The notes under the pieces are model-generated. The model ran no database searches and was not told where the DNA came from. It worked only from the letters and a program-made list of their open reading frames with translations. Shown in pieces: positions 58,325-64,000 of a DNA stretch of 64,000 bases (position 1 is its first letter; each line of letters opens with the position of its first letter). The position numbers were made by a program, and so were the translations under genes. The stretch comes from Spirochaetales bacterium (lineage in GTDB: Bacteria > Spirochaetota > Spirochaetia > SZUA-6 > RPPD01), in contig JAFGSW010000039.1 of the NCBI GenBank assembly GCA_016934415.1, positions 4,224 to 68,223 of the forward strand. Reading direction: 5' to 3'.

Positions 58325-59950
58325 CGGATAGGGAAGATGAGGAGGATGGGGGGTGCCGGGAAGACATCAAAGCCTTTCGAGCGTCCTCTTGATATTGATC
58401 GAGCCGATACCTTCTTGGTCGCAGATCCGAAACCATTCTTCCTCGGTTATATGCTTGTGCGTCATGGAATGCACCAGATCGAATATTTCCAATTTGCGGC
58501 CCTCGCGCGTCAGCCGGGGGAACCGCTCCGGAACTACGTGCAGGTCCCATCCGCTTCGCGACAGCACCGCCGCGACGACCGTACCGAGGATTTCCGTGAC
58601 GTCCTCGTCGCACAACTCGGCTCCCACGGGGCATTCTTCCATCAGCGTCCAAACATAAGCATGGAGCTCCCGGCAGGTAATGTCCAGTCTCGTCAGGCCG
58701 CCGGTGAAATGTTTCGCCCTCTTTTCGAAAATGAACCGATAGGCTTTTTCCCCCGCTTCCTCCCATTTCAAGGGGATGATATTTTGAACCGAGCGGTGTT
58801 TGAATACCGCCGCGCAATCGTCTTCCAGCGCCGTCGTCATTTTTTCCAGGGGAACGGACGCCTCCCGCGCCGCGCCGCTTCCCGCCTCACCCTTCGCTTC
58901 CATCCTTGCTATTCTTTTCCCGAGCTCCGGATGAGACGAATACCGGCTTCCCTTGGGCTCCGGCATTCTTTCCGCAAGGCCGCACTCGCGGCCGTTTTGC
59001 AGGAAGCGACAGAAGCCTTCCAGGAACGGTGGAACGTATCCCCTCGCGAGCGCCGGAGAATAATACTTGTTCCAGTACGCCGCAAAGCGCTTCTGCACGC
59101 CGACGACGCTCCGCAAGGCGTCCGCCGCGCGCCGGCTTCCCGCATAACGGCAGGCGATCTCGTCGGCCACCGTTTCCTGCCGCCGCGAAACGGCGCTCGT
59201 CACAAGGCGGAACAATTTCGCGAAAAGGATGAAAATACCGTCGATGAGCTTCGTATTCCGCGTCAGCTGTTCTATAATATTTGAAAGCGAATTGTGAAGG
59301 GTGTAGATCGTCGGGCCCAGGGAGGTGTCCTTCCTCGAAAAGTGGCCGAGCTCGTGCGCGATGACCGCTCCCAGCTCCGGTCCCGGAAGCATAAGGATAA
59401 GCGGGACGCCGATTCCGAGAATGGTCTTTCCCCCGAAACCGGACATCGTGTCCCGTTTGCCGATCCACGCGTCCGGCTCCGGGAGGAGATAGATTTCCCG
59501 GGGCGCCTGCTGGCCGAGGTCTTCCGCGATGGCGGCCACCGCGGCCGATATCTCCCGATACCGATCTCCCCGGATCAGAATCCCGGGCGGGATGAACTTT
59601 TCTTTGCGGGGAAACATGGCGACAAGGATGGAGAACGCTCCGATGTAGCATATCCCGATGACGTAGAAATTAATGCGACCCAGTTCCAGCACCATGTAGA
59701 CAGGCAGCGCCATGAGTGCGACGACGACAAACAGCGTGAACGCGTAGAAAAAAACAAAAAGAAAGATCACCAGAAGCGCCCTGAGGGCGAATCCGAGCTT
59801 GTGCTTCACTTAAATTTCCGCCTTTCCCCGACCTGCTGATTTTCTCTTTCCGCTTCTATCCATAATGCTTCATCTTGTATACGAATGCACTCTATGGCGG
59901 GCGGGATGCCCGCCATTTCTCTATCTTCTTAATCTTCCCTATCCGTAGTT
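58319..59950. mobile_element. Putative cargo-carrying bipartite element (unit 3) enclosing the M48 peptidase gene
   Basis: Left AACTACCGGATAGGGAAGATGAGGAGGATGGG; right ATCTTCTTAATCTTCCCTATCCGTAGTT (27/28 to the unit 1 right end); mobility is inferred. Confidence 0.5.
58367..59809 (-). CDS. M48 family zinc metallopeptidase (HtpX-like)
   Basis: AVIAHELGH, SRRQE..AD, SHP...RI; N-terminal TMs. Confidence 0.85.
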   Translation of the reverse strand: MKHKLGFALRALLVIFLFVFFYAFTLFVVVALMALPVYMVLELGRINFYVIGICYIGAFSILVAMFPRKEKFIPPGILIRGDRYREISAAVAAIAEDLGQQAPREIYLLPEPDAWIGKRDTMSGFGGKTILGIGVPLILMLPGPELGAVIAHELGHFSRKDTSLGPTIYTLHNSLSNIIEQLTRNTKLIDGIFILFAKLFRLVTSAVSRRQETVADEIACRYAGSRRAADALRSVVGVQKRFAAYWNKYYSPALARGYVPPFLEGFCRFLQNGRECGLAERMPEPKGSRYSSHPELGKRIARMEAKGEAGSGAAREASVPLEKMTTALEDDCAAVFKHRSVQNIIPLKWEEAGEKAYRFIFEKRAKHFTGGLTRLDITCRELHAYVWTLMEECPVGAELCDEDVTEILGTVVAAVLSRSGWDLHVVPERFPRLTREGRKLEIFDLVHSMTHKHITEEEWFRICDQEGIGSINIKRTLERL

Positions 59951-59971
59951 TTCAAAGCCCTCCCCGGAACG

Positions 59972-61192
59972 TCAGCGGTACGGTTTCTTCCGGAAGGACT
60001 CGTCACGGCGGCAGGCTTTCTCGTAGTACTCCCCGGCCGCGGCCTTGTCCCCCAGCTTGAATTTGGCCATACCAAGGTAATAGTCGCTCTCCGCGTCGTC
60101 GAAGCCCAGGCCGCGGGCCTTCATAACGTCCTGCAGGCCAGGGGCGGCGTCGCCCGCCTCTATCCTGGCCGCGCCGCGGTTATGGATCGCCAACAGCTCG
60201 TTCGGGTTCAACGCCAGGGCCGCGTCGCAGTCGGCGACGGCGCCCGAGTAGTCGCCGCTGAGCGTCTTGATATCGGCCCGGTTGACGAGATAGCCCGTCT
60301 CTTTCGGATCGAGCCTCACCGCGGCGTCCAGATCCGCCAGGGCGCCCGGGTAGTCGCCCCGGCTTCTCTTCAGGAGCGCGAGCGCTCCGTAGGGCGGCGC
60401 CGAGTGAGGATCGAGCTCGATCGATCGCCTGTAATCCATCTCCGCCCCCGCCGGGTCGTTGCAGCCTTCCTTCGCGACGCCCCGGTGAAAAAACCACTCC
60501 GCCCGTTTGCCGTCGAGGCGGATCGCCCGATTGAAATCCTCCAGCGCCGCCTCGTACCGTTCCTGCCGGTTCCGGCAGAGCCCGCGCAGGAAGTAAGCCA
60601 TCGGCTGGAAGGGATCGATTTCAAGCGACGTCGAATAGTCCTCAATGGCCTTGTCGTCCATCCGCAGGAGCCACTCGGCGATGCCGCGGTTGAAATGCCA
60701 TTCGGCGTCCCCCGGTTTGAGCGCGATGGCTTGGTTGAAATCCGCGAGGGCGGCCTCGTTGTCACCCAGCATTCCGGAACAGATCCCCCGACGGAAATAG
60801 ACCTTGGGGTCCTGCTTCGGGTTGAGCGAGATGCTTTTGGAGTAGTCGGCGATCGCGCCCTTGAGGTCGCCGAGCCCTTCCCTGGCGGCACCGCGGTTGT
60901 AATAATAGAAGTAAAAGTCCGGATCGAGCTCTATCGCCTTGTTGAAGTCTTCGAGGGCCGCTTTATCGTCGCCCGCCCATCCCTCCATGAGCCCCCGCCA
61001 GGAATAGGCGCGGGCGTCGCCCGGGTCGAGCTCGATGGCCCGGTTGAGATCGGCCAGGGCGCCTTCCCTGTCCGTGTCCATTTTCTCAATGGCCCGATCG
61101 ACGAAATCCTTGGCCGTCGTTTGGGCGGAAAGGAATCCGCCGGCCGCGAAAAAGAGCGCGGCTGCGCACAGGACCGGGAAAAATCTTTTCAT
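59972..61192 (-). CDS. Secreted tetratricopeptide-repeat protein
   Basis: Signal peptide; about ten 34-aa repeats Y.NRG.....GD...A..D...AI.LDP. Confidence 0.92.
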   Translation of the reverse strand: MKRFFPVLCAAALFFAAGGFLSAQTTAKDFVDRAIEKMDTDREGALADLNRAIELDPGDARAYSWRGLMEGWAGDDKAALEDFNKAIELDPDFYFYYYNRGAAREGLGDLKGAIADYSKSISLNPKQDPKVYFRRGICSGMLGDNEAALADFNQAIALKPGDAEWHFNRGIAEWLLRMDDKAIEDYSTSLEIDPFQPMAYFLRGLCRNRQERYEAALEDFNRAIRLDGKRAEWFFHRGVAKEGCNDPAGAEMDYRRSIELDPHSAPPYGALALLKRSRGDYPGALADLDAAVRLDPKETGYLVNRADIKTLSGDYSGAVADCDAALALNPNELLAIHNRGAARIEAGDAAPGLQDVMKARGLGFDDAESDYYLGMAKFKLGDKAAAGEYYEKACRRDESFRKKPYR

Positions 61193-61261
61193 GGGAACGC
61201 TCCTTCACGGCGCGGCGTGCCCGACCCGCGGTCGTCGTATCAAACAGCATAGCGCCGGGGA

Positions 61262-61300
61262 GCGCGGATTTCAAGATAAGGATGGCACGGATGGGGGAGG
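61262..61300. repeat. Degenerate left arm of the bipartite element beyond the RAYT stop
   Basis: GGATGGCACGGATGGG identical to 46631-46646. Confidence 0.5.
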
Positions 61301-61427
61301 GGGAGGTGGAAAAATCAAGGTATGCGATGTATTACATCCAGACTTGATCGTGTTTCATCACAGCGCTCAGTTTTTCACCGAAATAAAAAATGTAATCGTA
61401 CGGCGGCGGCATCCGTCTCGAATCTAT

Positions 61428-62051
61428 TCATTTAAAAAGCGAGAATGATGCATGGTATTCGTCAAGCTCCCAATTGTGGGAGTTATAGTGGACATATTCC
61501 CTGATTTTATCCAATTCCCGGTCGTTCCGGATTATTCGGTCGTAGAATCGGGGTTGCCAAATCGGTGATCCGATGCGCACCGTGACGGCGGATTTGAAGC
61601 CGGCTACAAACGACGAAAAGGATTTCGGGGAACGATTCGCGATAGGGCACGATTTTTTGGAATCCGATTGTAGAGACGCACGGCCGTGCGTCTCTACGTT
61701 TTCCGGCTTATAAACGTGATCCCGGTTCACGCGAACATTCCGCGGGTCTTCGCGGCCATGTGTCCGTACAATTGTATCCCTGATAATCACGATCCCGTGC
61801 ACGTGATTGGGCATGACGCAATACGCGTCACAATCCAATTCCGCGCGGATCCCGAACGATTTCAACCATTCCGACTCGACGATTTCACCCGCCGGCGACA
61901 ATTGCATTCGCCCCCGGACGACGCCGCCCAGGAGACATTCCATGTTCCGGGTGCACAGGGTGATGAAATAATACCCGGGAGCGGAATAATCCCGGTTTTT
62001 CAACCGCGTCGAATCGATTCTGTATTTCGTTACATTCAAATTCCGGCTCAC
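61428..62051 (-). mobile_element. REP-associated tyrosine transposase (RAYT, Y1/HUH family)
   Basis: RL...DYS.PG.YFITLCT, VMPNHVHGI (HUH), FKS, WQ.RFYDRIIR, Y..YN..NW; start placed at GTG 62051 (ORF track extends to 62153). Confidence 0.88.
61670..61697. repeat. REP palindrome inside the RAYT coding sequence
   Basis: GTAGAGACGCACGGCCGTGCGTCTCTAC, read in frame as VETHGRASL. Confidence 0.85.
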
Positions 62052-62180
62052 GGCATTCCCGCCTTTCCACGCATAAGGAAACCGCGGTTTCAGCCCGGTG
62101 AATTCAAATACACGTTCGCATCGGGGACAGGGTTTTGGGGAGTTAATTGGCAACGGAAACCGGTTTTATTTGGGAATTGA

Positions 62181-62281
62181 ATCGTAGAGACGCACGGCCG
62201 TGCGTCTCTACGATACCGTCCAATACATTACTCCGGATTCGCACGTATATTTCGCAAAAAACCACGGCCGTGCGTCTCTAC
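62181..62281. repeat. REP copies upstream of RAYT
   Basis: Perfect 34-bp palindrome ATCGTAGAGACGCACGGCCGTGCGTCTCTACGAT (62181-62214) and partial copy CACGGCCGTGCGTCTCTAC (62263-62281). Confidence 0.88.
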
Positions 62282-62350
62282 GTTTCCCGTCCAATAAATA
62301 GAATCCGAACCGACACGAACATTTCGCGAAAATCCACGGGCGCCTGCGGC

Positions 62351-64000
62351 TTATTTCAAGAGCTCCGCTTTCAGGAACAGGCCCGACGGGGTGAGATCGT
62401 CGTCCGTCCACGGGCCTGAGAGGGAGGCCGACGGCTTCAGGGCGGAGGTGGTTTCGTCGCAGGTGCTGAACGACCAGTTCATCCAGCTCAAATCGTTGGC
62501 GTCCATCCAATCGATCCACTCACGGGCGGAAACGAGGTCCATCGGCCCGGAGCTCAAGTGGAAGGCCGTGCCCCATTCGGTGACGAACAGGGGCAGGCCG
62601 CCGTCCAGGGCCGCCTGCGCGTATCGCCTCACGTCCGCTTTATGGGACGCGGCGTAAAAATGCTCGGTGTACATGATGTTGTCGTACTCCGTGATGGGAT
62701 CCTCCAGCACCAGGTCGGCCCGCTGGCTCCAGAACGGGGTGCCCACGATCACGACGTTGTCGTGATCGTCCGGATCGGAGCGGCGGATGACGTCGATGAC
62801 GCCGTCGCCCGCGTCGTCCGGGTCCCCCACCGCGTAGCGGCGGATTCTTTCCCAGGGGATGTTTCCCTCCGGCTCGTTCGTGATTTCGAAGATGACGTTG
62901 GGATACTTCCCCCATTTCGAGGACATCATCATGAAAAAGGTCTTCGCCTCGCTCAGGTATTCCAGGGGATCCGAATGGACGTGCCAGGAAATGATCACGT
63001 AGATGCCGTTGTTGATCGCGTCCCTGATGAACATGTTCGCCTGGTCGAGCATGTATTCCGGCTGGGAAACGAAGCCGTTCCAATAGCGGCCGTCCTTGAA
63101 CGCTTCAACGTAGAGCGCCATGCGCACCGCGTTGATCCTGAAATATTCCACGCAATGCGGAATCGTCTTCCCCGCCGAGAAGGGAAACCATTGCGGGCCG
63201 TGGGAGCTCACGCCCCGCAGGCGGACGGGGGCCCCGTTTTCCGCGCACAGTCTCCCGCCTTTCACCTGCAGGTGGCCGTTCTCGGCCACCACGCCGGTCC
63301 CCGGGGGATCGAGCGGGCCTTCCCCGCGGTAGAAAAAACCGTAGAGCATGTAGGATGAATTGACCGCGAACGCCGTCGCCACGAGCAGGGCGATGACGGG
63401 AATGAGCTTGAGCGGGTTCACCGCGCGCCGGGGTTTGACCGCGATGTTCGATGCCGCCGTCCGGACGAGCTTCGGTTCCTCCTCGGTTTTTACGATGAGA
63501 CAGCGTCCGCCGCGGTAGGAAATGTTGCCGATCACTTCTCCCCGCGTCAGCCGCCCGCGGCCGGACGGCAGCCGGAGCCGAAGACGGGCGCCCTCCGCGA
63601 TGTTCCGGGGGAAACGGACGATGAGTCTTTTTTCGCCGGCGACGCAGGCGGACGTCACCATATCCCTCCCGCAATCGAGAAGGAGCGGGAAAAAGGCGAC
63701 GTGATGCAGATGCCTGACGCGCATGCGCTGCCGCCGCAGCCCCTCCTGAAAGGCGATACCGATGACGCGGAGCTTTTCGCTTTCGCCGGAACGGGGGAAA
63801 TCGAGCTCGTACCGGTAGGCGGTTCGCTTCCCGGCGACGGGAAAGGCGGTCTTCGCCCGGATGCGCGCCTCAATCCCGCCCGTCGCGGTTTGGCCGTCGC
63901 CGACGTTCAGCGTCAGGACGGTGTCGCGGGGATAGTCATGTGCGCTCATGATGACGGCCGACGATTCGTTCCAGCATTCCACCGGGCACGTCTCGTCGCG
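62351..64000 (-). CDS. Membrane-anchored GH5 glycoside hydrolase (cellulase-like) with long N-terminal region; 5' end beyond the window
   Basis: LRGVSSHG, ISWH, FEITNEP (acid/base), HFYAASH, FVTEWG (nucleophile), W.NWS; frame open to the window edge. Confidence 0.85.
   Translation of the reverse strand, partial: RDETCPVECWNESSAVIMSAHDYPRDTVLTLNVGDGQTATGGIEARIRAKTAFPVAGKRTAYRYELDFPRSGESEKLRVIGIAFQEGLRRQRMRVRHLHHVAFFPLLLDCGRDMVTSACVAGEKRLIVRFPRNIAEGARLRLRLPSGRGRLTRGEVIGNISYRGGRCLIVKTEEEPKLVRTAASNIAVKPRRAVNPLKLIPVIALLVATAFAVNSSYMLYGFFYRGEGPLDPPGTGVVAENGHLQVKGGRLCAENGAPVRLRGVSSHGPQWFPFSAGKTIPHCVEYFRINAVRMALYVEAFKDGRYWNGFVSQPEYMLDQANMFIRDAINNGIYVIISWHVHSDPLEYLSEAKTFFMMMSSKWGKYPNVIFEITNEPEGNIPWERIRRYAVGDPDDAGDGVIDVIRRSDPDDHDNVVIVGTPFWSQRADLVLEDPITEYDNIMYTEHFYAASHKADVRRYAQAALDGGLPLFVTEWGTAFHLSSGPMDLVSAREWIDWMDANDLSWMNWSFSTCDETTSALKPSASLSGPWTDDDLTPSGLFLKAELLK

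Noticed and set aside
54222..62350. Classical integron cassette array
   Set aside because: No integron integrase and no RYYYAAC...GTTRRRY attC structure recognised between the genes.

Overview
GC-rich bacterial chromosomal segment, probably from a free-living anaerobic spirochaete (inferred from the PilZ - HEAT-repeat - comEC - rsmA synteny and the protein styles). It has four parts. (1) 1-15.2 kb, housekeeping: amidohydrolase, aminotransferase, accBCDA, CPBP protease, PilZ, HEAT, comEC, rsmA, comM. (2) 15.3-42.3 kb, a metal/Fe-S/redox island: three NifB/NifX-family proteins, NifU, Mrp, a fused double MinD-4Fe4S ATPase, radical SAM, Prx, Trx, ferritin-like protein, CoADR-rhodanese, feoAB, Fur and DtxR regulators, with five copies of a Fur-like operator and no nitrogenase genes. 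(3) 42.7-54.2 kb: MFS, leuCD, ilvD, HtrA, uvrB (apparent ATC start), DUF445. (4) 54.2-64 kb, a minus-strand accessory array ending in a REP-associated tyrosine transposase (RAYT) and a GH5 hydrolase. The most unusual signal is non-coding: a dispersed family of bipartite elements with termini AACYACGGAT...ATCCGTRGTT and ~9-bp periodic arms. They sit at gene 3' ends and enclose either an empty ~165-190 bp purine-then-pyrimidine spacer or whole genes (DUF4332, an M48 peptidase, ilvD). They are interleaved with GTAG-type REPs and lie near a RAYT. No rRNA, tRNA or CRISPR array was seen. All calls come from reading motifs by eye; no database searches were run.
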